Assembly: GCA_963668625.2 (NCBI GenBank)
Contig: CAXXKA010000007.1
Span: 1 to 51,417, forward strand
Direction of reading: 5' to 3'
Length of the DNA: 51,417 nucleotides
Source: an uncultured candidate division Zixibacteria bacterium
Lineage (GTDB): Bacteria; Zixibacteria; MSB-5A5; UBA10806; 4484-95
The notes beneath the pieces are model-generated. The model had not been told where the DNA came from. It made no database searches and saw nothing but the letters and a program-made list of their open reading frames with translations. This document shows, piece by piece, positions 21,698 to 30,719 of this stretch. The position numbers and the translations under genes are program-made. Numbering within the stretch: the stretch's first letter is position 1; each line of letters begins with the position of its first letter.

Positions 21698-22033
21698 TTA
21701 AAAACTTGCTATGGCATGTTCCACGTTTTCGTGGGTTTCGAATACCGTAATCAGCTTGGTAATAGTCAGCAGAGATTCGATTTTCTCCGTGACACTGGCA
21801 AGCTTTAACTCACCGCCGTTGTTTTTCATCGTAGTTAAACCTGAGATCAGTATACCCAGACCGGTCGAATTCATCCATTCGACTTTGGATAAATCGATAA
21901 TGACTTTCTTTTTGTTCTGGTCGATATACTCGTGAAGTTTGTCATGAAGCAATGTGGCATCCGGCCCGCCCATGATTTTACCTTTGGGCTCGAGAATCAC
22001 AATATCATCAACCGTGCGATCTGTGAGCTTCAT
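21698..22033 (-). CDS. Anti-sigma factor antagonist (STAS, RsbV-like)
   Basis: IDLSKVEWMNSTGLGILI phospho-acceptor motif, 111 aa. Confidence 0.93.
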   Translation of the reverse strand: MKLTDRTVDDIVILEPKGKIMGGPDATLLHDKLHEYIDQNKKKVIIDLSKVEWMNSTGLGILISGLTTMKNNGGELKLASVTEKIESLLTITKLITVFETHENVEHAIASF

Positions 22034-22275
22034 TTTTGTCTCCTTAATTAAATTGTGTATTTAAAGTTAATCTTTACCAATACATTATTAACACTGCTAA
22101 AAAGCTTGTCGGACGATTATCCGCCTCCGATAAAACATTTACTGAAAATAATTGCTGTTTTTTACTCGTTTGTCAAGCTTTATCAGTAGTATGCTCAAGT
22201 CCTGATATATCTTATAGGGATTTATGTATATAACGAAAATTCTATCGATTTGTTGCCCGGCCCTGAATTAATAGT

Positions 22276-22301
22276 AAAAAAAAACAGCCATAGCGGCTGT
22301 T
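22276..22301 (-). terminator. Intrinsic terminator for the 22329-22742 gene
   Basis: aacagcc-atagc-ggctgtt stem preceded by a long A run on + (T run on -). Confidence 0.75.
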
Positions 22302-22328
22302 CGAAAGTTTCCGAATTTTATTTATAGC

Positions 22329-22742
22329 CTATTTGAATAGCGCTTTAATCTTTCCCCAGGTATCAAGCTTGATACTTAAGGCATAAAGGGAGAGATCGTG
22401 CCGTAGCCTGCCCTGCTGGGCTGTTAAAGATGGTGTGGCCGGTGTACCATTTATCTGTATCACTATGATATCGCCCTCGGCCCAACCCTCTTTCTCGCCT
22501 GTATCCGGATTATCTTTGGCAACTATCAAGGCGTACTGACCGCTCAGAGTAGTACATCTGGCGAATTCCTGACCATCAATAATGGCGGTGATAACGATAT
22601 TATCAGCCACCGGTTCGCTATCGATGGCGATCGAACCATATGGTTCACAGGCTGTCCCCAGCAATTGAGCTTGTCCGCTTACGGAGGCTATTGTTACTAT
22701 GGTTAATATAAGAAAAGCAGTTCTAATCATAATCTTACCCAT
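22329..22742 (-). CDS. Small secreted protein with C-terminal TWGKIKALFK motif
   Basis: Signal peptide ending GQA, small beta domain with DNPDTGEKEG loop, C-terminal DTWGKIKALFK. Confidence 0.85.
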   Translation of the reverse strand: MGKIMIRTAFLILTIVTIASVSGQAQLLGTACEPYGSIAIDSEPVADNIVITAIIDGQEFARCTTLSGQYALIVAKDNPDTGEKEGWAEGDIIVIQINGTPATPSLTAQQGRLRHDLSLYALSIKLDTWGKIKALFK

Positions 22743-22759
22743 TATTTAAAAATCTATTT

Positions 22760-22788
22760 AATATATGCACGCCGAATTTTCATGTCAA
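22760..22788 (-). promoter_or_regulatory. Sigma70-type promoter of the TWG-motif gene
   Basis: TTGACA-17 nt-TATATT on the minus strand. Confidence 0.6.
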
Positions 22789-22922
22789 GGGATAATTGTC
22801 CATGAATAAAATAGTTACTCCTCACTAACATCTGTTTAAATGATTTTCAGGATTATTTTGTTCCCATAATATTATCGTCACTAAAGTCACAAAATTAACA
22901 TGAATGTTGCAATATTCAACAA

Positions 22923-23564
22923 TTAATTCGAATTTTCGGTTTTATTGCTCAGGGCAAAGGAGAGATGTTCTAACTCTATGCACATGTTCTGGTTACGCAA
23001 AATAACATTGCCCGGAAGGCGCAAATTAATGGGAGCAAAATTCAATATAGCTTTTATACCGGCCTCAACAACCTCATCGGCAACCGATTGAGCAACGTGG
23101 GATGGCACTGCGATGATAGCGATGTCTATTTTTTCTTGGCTCAATAGTTTTTTCAGATCTTTCATATCCGAGACTTTAATACCTTTGTGATTCGAGCCTA
23201 TTTTTCGCTGGTCGTTGTCGAATATCAACTTGATATTAAAACCCTGCTTGGAGAACTCTTTATATGATACCAGGGCGGAGCCAATATTACCCACGCCAAT
23301 TAAAGCAACATCCCAGAGACGGTTCAAACCTATGATCTCGGCAATTCGCAGGCGAAGCTCAACTACCGGATAGCCAAGGCCACGAGTACCGAAACTGCCG
23401 AAAAACGACAGATCTTTTCGAACCTGTGCCGGTGTGAGTTTCTCCCGTCTGGCCAGCTCTTTCGAGGATATGGTCTTGTAGTTTTCGTTTTCCAGGGTTA
23501 CTAAGGCCCTGTAGTAAATCGAAAGCCTATGGATGGTTGATTCGGATATTTTCTTCGTTGGCAA
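22923..23564 (-). CDS. rex: Redox-sensing transcriptional repressor Rex
   Basis: RLSIYYR, ISSKELA, QVRKDLSFFGSFGTRGLGY, GVGNIG Rossmann motif, ILNFAP. Confidence 0.96.
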   Translation of the reverse strand: MPTKKISESTIHRLSIYYRALVTLENENYKTISSKELARREKLTPAQVRKDLSFFGSFGTRGLGYPVVELRLRIAEIIGLNRLWDVALIGVGNIGSALVSYKEFSKQGFNIKLIFDNDQRKIGSNHKGIKVSDMKDLKKLLSQEKIDIAIIAVPSHVAQSVADEVVEAGIKAILNFAPINLRLPGNVILRNQNMCIELEHLSFALSNKTENSN

Positions 23565-23591
23565 TTTATCAATAATCCGTCTAATGGTTAT

Positions 23592-23609
23592 TTGTGAACT
23601 GTTTCACAA
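23592..23609. promoter_or_regulatory. Rex operator (autoregulatory)
   Basis: Perfect TTGTGAA-ctgt-TTCACAA palindrome 27 bp upstream of rex. Confidence 0.92.
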
Positions 23610-23614
23610 ATTTT

Positions 23615-23643
23615 AAAATAGACAGACTGCAATTTGTTGTCAA
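23615..23643 (-). promoter_or_regulatory. Sigma70-type promoter of rex
   Basis: TTGACA-17 nt-TATTTT on the minus strand, with the Rex box over the predicted start site. Confidence 0.65.
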
Positions 23644-23861
23644 GTAAAAATTTGCCTCAATCCTAAATAATTTCATCTAGGATAATATAAGCTACTTGTT
23701 ATGAAGCAAAAATATCATAGCGGTACTACTCGAGCTATTTACCTATAGGTTAACCACCCGGCGAAAGGTTTGTTTTTATAATTAACTAAACCAGCTAATA
23801 ACCGATAGTTTAGCTAGAGTGTTTGGATGTTCACAGCAGTTTAGTTTTAAAGGTCTATTTT

Positions 23862-24932
23862 ATGTCATCAAACAGGTTAGAAAGTCAGGGTAGCTCCACT
23901 ATCGACAATAGCGAAAGCAGATTAAGTTTAACTGATGCAATCGAAGTTTTAAGCAGTCGCTGGAAATTTATTGGTATGTTTGCTTTTGCTTGTGCTGTTA
24001 CTACCGCTGCGATTACTTTATTTATCCCGAATAAGTATACTGCCAAATCGACTATACTCCCCACGACCAACGATTACCAGACAAGCGGGTTGATGTCCCT
24101 GGCCGAGGGTATACCGGGACTGGATATGATGGGTTTGAATCTGGGTGGTCAATCATCCTCAGCGTTGTTCCCACAGGTGCTTAAAAGCCATCAACTGGCG
24201 GAAAAAGTACTGACAAGGAAATATACTTATATCAACGGCGATGATTCGGTCACGCAGGATTTGTATGAATATTTCGAGGTTGACAACGCTGATGAAGCTT
24301 ACGAACAATTGCATAAGAATTCTGTAGTCGAATATGATAAAAAAACGGGTGTGGTAGGAATTTCCGTAACTACCGAAAACGCCGAGCTTTCGGCCCGGGT
24401 GGCTAATTACTTTATCACCTGCCTCGATTATTTCAATATGAATCAACGTAGAACCGGCGCCGATATGAACCGGGATTTCGTCGAAAAACGTATAAGTGAG
24501 GCGGAGGGCGAGCTTGAACGCGCGGAGGAGGCGTTAAGGGAGTTTCGTGATAATAACTTGAACTACTACAGCTCCACCGACCCGGAATTACTCATGATGA
24601 ATGACAGGTTAACCCGGGACGTACAGATACAGAACCAGGTTTACCTGACTCTAAAACAGCAATACGAGATCGCTACGATTCAGGCTAAAAAGGAGTTGCC
24701 GGTTATTCAGATACTTGATCATGCCGTACCTCCTTATTTGAAAAGCAGCCCGCCTCGTTCCAAAATAACGATACTGGGATTTGTACTTGGTTTACTGGTA
24801 GCCGCCTGCTATTCGTTTTTGAAATATCTTTATACCGAAAGATATAAATCCCAAAACATGAAAGAATTCATCAGCAAACTTCGTTTCGTCAATCCCTCAC
24901 CCCAGACCGAACAGTCCGAATATGTTCGATAA
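23862..24932 (+). CDS. Wzz/GumC-like polysaccharide chain-length determinant
   Basis: N- and C-terminal TMs, PNKYTAKSTILP, coiled coil, IQILDHAVPP..KSSPPR motif. ATG 23862 preferred. Confidence 0.88.
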   Translation: MSSNRLESQGSSTIDNSESRLSLTDAIEVLSSRWKFIGMFAFACAVTTAAITLFIPNKYTAKSTILPTTNDYQTSGLMSLAEGIPGLDMMGLNLGGQSSSALFPQVLKSHQLAEKVLTRKYTYINGDDSVTQDLYEYFEVDNADEAYEQLHKNSVVEYDKKTGVVGISVTTENAELSARVANYFITCLDYFNMNQRRTGADMNRDFVEKRISEAEGELERAEEALREFRDNNLNYYSSTDPELLMMNDRLTRDVQIQNQVYLTLKQQYEIATIQAKKELPVIQILDHAVPPYLKSSPPRSKITILGFVLGLLVAACYSFLKYLYTERYKSQNMKEFISKLRFVNPSPQTEQSEYVR

Positions 24933-26487
24933 ATTGAAAGGCTTTTTTAAGACCACGGCTATTTATGGGGTGGTGGGTAGCATCAGGTCTTTCAGCGAAT
25001 TCCTTCTCCTGCCGTTATATGCCCGTTTTCTCACACCGGAAGATTTCGGGACACTGGATATCTTGATGATTTATGTGATGGTTGGTATGGTACTCGCGGT
25101 TTTGGAGATGAATAACGCAGCTTTCAGGTTTTATTTCGATAAAGATAGTTTTAATCATCAGCAAGAAGTTATATCCTCCTCATTTATTGCAACATCATTA
25201 AACGGCTTCGTGATTTTCCTAATATCCATCTGGCTTGCGGAGAAATTATCGCTTTTGTTATATGATACTCCCGATAATTCGAACCTGTTTTATATAGCGG
25301 GATTAATAATATTCCTAAATTCGATATGTACCGTGCCCTTTAACCTGTTAAGGATTCGTAATAAACCTGCTCAATACACTATCCTGTCCCTGGCGCTGGT
25401 AAGTATATCGATAGGATGTACTGTCGTTCTTTTAGCGAAATATAAAATGGGTGCAGAAGGTATACTGCTGGCTAAAGCACTGGCGTTCATACCAATCGTT
25501 CTCATTAGTTTATTTGTTAGCAGACATCATATCAGGATCAGGATAAATTTTAGAATGATTGGCAGTATGCTAAAGTATTCTTTACCCCTTATTCCTGCTG
25601 GTATGGCTATCTGGGGAATAAATGGCCTTAATCGGATATTCATGATTCACTACCTCTCTTTAGAGCAAATCGGTTATTTCTCTCTGGCATCAAAGTTTGT
25701 CGTGGTGATTACGCTGAGTGTGATAGCCTTTCAGCTTGCCTGGCCGCAATTCGCTTTTTCTAACATGAACACTAAAAACGTAGCTCGAACATTTTCGCAA
25801 GTCTTTAATGTTTGCGCCGCTCTTGGTATTTGGCTGGTACTATTTATTACGATGTTCTCGGGAAATTTTATCAATATTGCCATGAGCAAGAAATTCCTGC
25901 CGGCTATAGGTGCGGTAATGCCGTTGGCTACCGGTATGTTTTTTTACGGTATTTTTTATTTTTTCACGACGGGCGCTATTATCGAGAAGAAAACATCATC
26001 AATACTGTTTCCGCTTATTTCGGCTATGGTATTTAATATCGTAATGAATATTATCGTTACACCGGTATACGGATTCAAAGGTACGGCCTGGGTTACTCTA
26101 GCCTCGTATTTTATTATGGCCATTGCTATGTTTTTGATGATACGAAATTCGAAATATATAGAGTTGAATTATGTGAAAATTTTCAGATTGGCGGTGGCAT
26201 CATCGATAGTATTACCGGTAGCGATACTTTTATCATATGAAAACAGCGTCGCGTTTCTGGTCGTAAAATCAGCTTTCTTTTTGAGTTTTCCATTTATTCT
26301 TTGGCTTATAGGATTCATCGATAGAATAACTGCAACGGCTGTGGCTGATATACTAAAACGAAAAACCAATAGCAAAATCATGTTCGTTAAAAAATCAAAC
26401 TCAGCAATGGAGGCAAACCCGGCAGATCGAATAGTAGATAGAAATAGCCGACAACAAATGACGTCACCTCTAGACCAGTCAGGTTGA
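24922..26487 (+). CDS. Wzx-type oligosaccharide flippase
   Basis: About 14 TMs. LLLPLYARFLTPEDFG and MLKYSLPLIP motifs. Confidence 0.9.
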   Translation: MFDKLKGFFKTTAIYGVVGSIRSFSEFLLLPLYARFLTPEDFGTLDILMIYVMVGMVLAVLEMNNAAFRFYFDKDSFNHQQEVISSSFIATSLNGFVIFLISIWLAEKLSLLLYDTPDNSNLFYIAGLIIFLNSICTVPFNLLRIRNKPAQYTILSLALVSISIGCTVVLLAKYKMGAEGILLAKALAFIPIVLISLFVSRHHIRIRINFRMIGSMLKYSLPLIPAGMAIWGINGLNRIFMIHYLSLEQIGYFSLASKFVVVITLSVIAFQLAWPQFAFSNMNTKNVARTFSQVFNVCAALGIWLVLFITMFSGNFINIAMSKKFLPAIGAVMPLATGMFFYGIFYFFTTGAIIEKKTSSILFPLISAMVFNIVMNIIVTPVYGFKGTAWVTLASYFIMAIAMFLMIRNSKYIELNYVKIFRLAVASSIVLPVAILLSYENSVAFLVVKSAFFLSFPFILWLIGFIDRITATAVADILKRKTNSKIMFVKKSNSAMEANPADRIVDRNSRQQMTSPLDQSG

Positions 26488-26625
26488 TTTTGTCAAATCA
26501 ACTACAGGAATGATAAATCATGAATAATATGTTAATTATTTTTAATGATTTCAGAAGTCTTAAACCTATTAACCGATTTAAGAAATATCAGTATGGGATG
26601 CTCGAGTTAACGATTTTCCGAGGGG

Positions 26626-27978
26626 ATGCAGATGCCGATTATTAAAGCGAATAAATTAAATTCGTTCCCTATCCCAGCCAAAAAAAATAATAAACTCAGG
26701 ATAGCGATATCTCATGAATTCGTTGAGCTATACCGAGGCGACAAAGATTTGCGTGTTGGCAAGATATTGTGCCAGGATTATGGGTGTGAGATCGTTCATC
26801 TTGGCACTGATGTAGCCAGCACAGCTGATTCGCATTTTTTCAATACTGAAATGTATCCCGTTGATATGGTCGGCCAACTTCCCCCGGAGTATTACCTGCT
26901 ACTCATGAAAACCAGAATTATATACCATCGAAAGGGAAATGTTGGTATGGGGGGATATTTCAGGTTCACGCCGGGAATTATCAAATATCTAAAACGCTGG
27001 AAACCGGATTTGATATTCGAGAATCCGTTTCTAACTTTGTCTCCTCGTTCGTATATGACTTATGCCGTTTCGAGAATACTTGATATACCGTTGGTGTATA
27101 TAGACTGTGGCGATATCATCCATGACTTAAAATTAAAACACAAGATAGTATTACCCTTCGAAAAACCTGTAGCCAATCACGCGGCAGCGGTTATCACATA
27201 CAACAATGAGGGTAGAACCAGATTCATGAGAAAGTACGATTACCCACCTGAAAAAATACACGTAATTCCCAAACCTATAGATACCAATATGTTTAATTCC
27301 TTTGCCAACACTGATAAATTCAGGAGCCAATATGATCTGAACGATAAATTCACTGTTGCTTATTTCGGCCGGTTGTGTACTAACAAGGGAGCTAAAGATT
27401 TGCTTGAAGCTGCGGAAATTCTACGCTACCGCGGTTTGTCGGATAAAGTGCAAATAGTATTTGTCGGCGGAAACGTGGAAAGCGGCCAGTCTGCGGAATT
27501 CAAAAGCTATTATGAAAATTTAAAGCTTCCTAATATAACGTTAACCGATATGATACCACATAAACGAATGCCTGAAGCTTATGCGGCGGTTGATGTAGCT
27601 GTATTTCCAGACGTGACTAATCCGCCCGGTTTTTCCACTGTATTGGCTGAAAGTATGGCAGCCGGCTTGCCTATTATCATCGGTATTAAGGGATGGGAAA
27701 GCGCTGTGCCTATTGTTGATGGAGAAAGCGGGTTGATAATAGAGGCAGCCAACCCGAAACAGATAGCCGATAGTATCGAAACCTTAATGGGTAACCATAA
27801 TTTACGTAGCTCGATTGGCGAAAACGCCGCCAGGTACGCACGCGATGAAATGGACTACGATCTTATAGTAAGTAAATACTATTCCATTTTTGAGAACATA
27901 TTGAATAGAAACGGATCGAGGAAGAATTCGAGGCATGTTGAACGTTTCAGCAACAATACTGAAAAATCAGCCGTATAA
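26626..27978 (+). CDS. Glycosyltransferase family 4
   Basis: YFGRLCTNKG and FSTVLAESMAAGLPII GT-B motifs. Confidence 0.9.
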   Translation: MQMPIIKANKLNSFPIPAKKNNKLRIAISHEFVELYRGDKDLRVGKILCQDYGCEIVHLGTDVASTADSHFFNTEMYPVDMVGQLPPEYYLLLMKTRIIYHRKGNVGMGGYFRFTPGIIKYLKRWKPDLIFENPFLTLSPRSYMTYAVSRILDIPLVYIDCGDIIHDLKLKHKIVLPFEKPVANHAAAVITYNNEGRTRFMRKYDYPPEKIHVIPKPIDTNMFNSFANTDKFRSQYDLNDKFTVAYFGRLCTNKGAKDLLEAAEILRYRGLSDKVQIVFVGGNVESGQSAEFKSYYENLKLPNITLTDMIPHKRMPEAYAAVDVAVFPDVTNPPGFSTVLAESMAAGLPIIIGIKGWESAVPIVDGESGLIIEAANPKQIADSIETLMGNHNLRSSIGENAARYARDEMDYDLIVSKYYSIFENILNRNGSRKNSRHVERFSNNTEKSAV

Positions 27979-29440
27979 CAACTGGCTGATCGCTTTAAGC
28001 GGAATAGCAGCGGTTTCGATTATTGCGGTGTTTGCTCCGCTTTTAGTCTATCTGATACCAGGTGTATTTCTATTCACCTATTTCTGGAGTCATAAGGATA
28101 GACTTATTGTCTTTCTGCTGATTTATACTCCATTCGAAGAACTGATTATTAAATTGGTACCACAAGAATCGTATGCTTTTGTGAGATTTATGTGGGAGGG
28201 TTTACTATTTATTTTTATAACTTTGATGGTCGTTGAAAAACTAATGATCAGTAAAACATGGAAGAAAAGTATAATAGATAAGTTTATTTTAGTATTGTTA
28301 TTTGCCTGGTTTCTTTCTACGATTTGGAATGATGTTTCATGGATGCTTTCGATTTATCAAATAAAAAATTTAATCAGGTATATCACGGTATTTTACATCG
28401 TTTACAATTTAGAACCAGAATCGAAATTCATAAATAGAATCATAAATTTATTAATTATTATGGGTGTTATTCAATCGCTACTTTGCATCTGTCAGGCAAT
28501 TGAGGGTGATCTTCTGGTAAAATTATTCCGTCCCAAGGAGGTTATAATTGGAGGCGAGCTGATTAAAGGTCAGGATATTGCTGAGGGTACGTACTATACT
28601 AAATTCACCGGATCATTCCAAAGATCGAATGAGCTTGCTTACTATCTTGTGGCGTCAATCGGTTTCGCAATGACAAAATATTTTCTAGGTGAAAAATCAA
28701 GAAAAATGCTGTTGGCAATCACGATAATGATAACGGCTCTTTTCCTTACTTCCTCAAGGATAAATTGGATTGCTTTATATTTCGTAGTTGGAATAATCTT
28801 AGTTAAAATAAGATCCAAATTCAAAATTGCATATTTAGTCGTTCCGGCAGCAATTTTAGCACTTGCTATAGGAAGTTACTCCATGATTAATACAGGCGAC
28901 TTGTATAGCGATTTCAATATAATAAACAGATTTATGTACATTTTTACTCCTGAGTATATTGAGATAATAGGCAGTTTGGGGCGATTGTATGCCATTCTGT
29001 ATGTGGCCCCAGCCGTATTCATGACTAATCCTATTTTAGGCATTGGTCCTGGTAGTTTTATGTTTATTTCTCAGCAAATGTCTGTTGAGGAAATATTTGG
29101 CAAAGCGGATGCTCTTGGCCTGGAGATGGCTCCTCTTCAATATGTGCATGATGTAGGAATTGTCGCATTATTCATTCAGGTCGGTTTAATGGGGGCATTG
29201 GCAATGATAGGAATATTCTATGCATATTACAGGCAAGCCTCGAAAAAATTCAATATTTGTAAAGGTTCAACCGGCAAAATTTTGTATCTGGGTGCTATTG
29301 GCTTGATTATCGCTACAGCTATACAGCAGTTTGCCTCGTTTAATTTAGTTTACAGGAATCAATCTTTAGTAATCTGGACAATACTCGGATTAACAGCGTT
29401 GTACTCATCAAGGAGCTTGAATGAAAATAATATTAGCTAA
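27935..29440 (+). CDS. Wzy polymerase / O-antigen ligase family membrane protein
   Basis: Multi-TM. GSF..SNELA, LTSSR, NPILGIGPGSF, YVHD motifs. Confidence 0.82.
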   Translation: MLNVSATILKNQPYNNWLIALSGIAAVSIIAVFAPLLVYLIPGVFLFTYFWSHKDRLIVFLLIYTPFEELIIKLVPQESYAFVRFMWEGLLFIFITLMVVEKLMISKTWKKSIIDKFILVLLFAWFLSTIWNDVSWMLSIYQIKNLIRYITVFYIVYNLEPESKFINRIINLLIIMGVIQSLLCICQAIEGDLLVKLFRPKEVIIGGELIKGQDIAEGTYYTKFTGSFQRSNELAYYLVASIGFAMTKYFLGEKSRKMLLAITIMITALFLTSSRINWIALYFVVGIILVKIRSKFKIAYLVVPAAILALAIGSYSMINTGDLYSDFNIINRFMYIFTPEYIEIIGSLGRLYAILYVAPAVFMTNPILGIGPGSFMFISQQMSVEEIFGKADALGLEMAPLQYVHDVGIVALFIQVGLMGALAMIGIFYAYYRQASKKFNICKGSTGKILYLGAIGLIIATAIQQFASFNLVYRNQSLVIWTILGLTALYSSRSLNENNIS

Positions 29441-30704
29441 TAAATATCTCTACCCAAGAGGCGGCGACTGTATTTATACTCTTCGCTTGATGGATTTGCT
29501 TACACGCAACGGCCATCAGGTTTACCCGTTCAGTATGCATCACCCGCAGAATATAACAACAAAGTATAGCAGGTATTTCGTGCCGTATATTAATTTCCGT
29601 GATGAGTTGAAAAACTACAGTGTTAAAAATGCGATAAATGTATTATCCCGAGCGATAGTAAATAAACAGGCCGCTCGGTTGCTGGATGAGCTAATTCGTG
29701 ATGTTAAACCCGATATAGTCCATCTGAATAATATTCATCACCAATTAACACCTGAGATAATCAAAGCCCCGGCAAAATATGGTATCCCAATCGTCTGGAC
29801 TTTGCATGATTATATATTGAATTGTCCCGATCACGAATTTTTGCGAGACGGCAAGACATGCAACAAATGCGCCTCTGGTAATAATATACATGCCGTAATT
29901 CATAGATGTAAAAAAGGCTCGCTCGGGGCAAGCGTGATCGCGGCGATCGAGTCAACATATTACAATCCTCGGCAACTGGCGCAACATGTGAAAAAATTCA
30001 TCTCCCCTTCGAGGTTTTTAGCTGATGTGTTGACCGATAACGGCATCCCGAAATCACGGGTAACCAGTATCCCCAATTTCCTGGCATCACCCGATATCAA
30101 ATCTACCGGTGATGATTATATCCTGTATTTCGGCAGGCTTTCTAATGTCAAGGGTGTGGATACTCTGATAAAATCATTTGCAAAAGCGGGTAAAGGAACG
30201 CTCGTAATTGTCGGGGATGGCCCGGATCGAGCTGAACTCGAGAAACTTGCCGAGATGATAGCGCCGGGTAAAGTCGAGTTCGTTGGATTTCAACCGCAGG
30301 AAAAGGTATTCGAGTACCTGGCCGGTTGCCTCGTATCAGTTGTCCCATCGATATGGTGGGAAGTTTTTGGATTGACAGTCACGGAAGCAATGGCTGCAGG
30401 TAAACCTGTTATCGCATCCCGAACAGGCGGTATTCCTGAAATCATTGATCACGGTGAAACCGGCCTATTATTTACTCCGGGCAATGTTGATGAGTTAACA
30501 GCGTGCATTATGAAGCTTAACGACAATAAATCATTGGCCGCATCAATGGGTAAAGCCGGTCGTGAAAAAGCGTTAACCGAATATAGCGCTGAAACGCATT
30601 ACAAAAGAATTATGAAAGTTTATCGTGAAGTACTCGATAAAGAGGAATATACTCGGGGCGAATCTCGTGTTTCCGATTCAAAAGAATTAATGGCGAAAAT
30701 TTAA
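29421..30704 (+). CDS. Glycosyltransferase family 4
   Basis: VHLNNIHHQL, WTLHDY, YFGRLSNVKG, EVFGLTVTEAMAAGKPVI. Confidence 0.93.
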   Translation: MKIILANKYLYPRGGDCIYTLRLMDLLTRNGHQVYPFSMHHPQNITTKYSRYFVPYINFRDELKNYSVKNAINVLSRAIVNKQAARLLDELIRDVKPDIVHLNNIHHQLTPEIIKAPAKYGIPIVWTLHDYILNCPDHEFLRDGKTCNKCASGNNIHAVIHRCKKGSLGASVIAAIESTYYNPRQLAQHVKKFISPSRFLADVLTDNGIPKSRVTSIPNFLASPDIKSTGDDYILYFGRLSNVKGVDTLIKSFAKAGKGTLVIVGDGPDRAELEKLAEMIAPGKVEFVGFQPQEKVFEYLAGCLVSVVPSIWWEVFGLTVTEAMAAGKPVIASRTGGIPEIIDHGETGLLFTPGNVDELTACIMKLNDNKSLAASMGKAGREKALTEYSAETHYKRIMKVYREVLDKEEYTRGESRVSDSKELMAKI

Positions 30705-30719
30705 TCAATAGGGACAACT

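Noticed and set aside
22875-22922. Weak Rex-like half sites downstream of rex
   Set aside because: About four mismatches to the consensus in AT-rich DNA.
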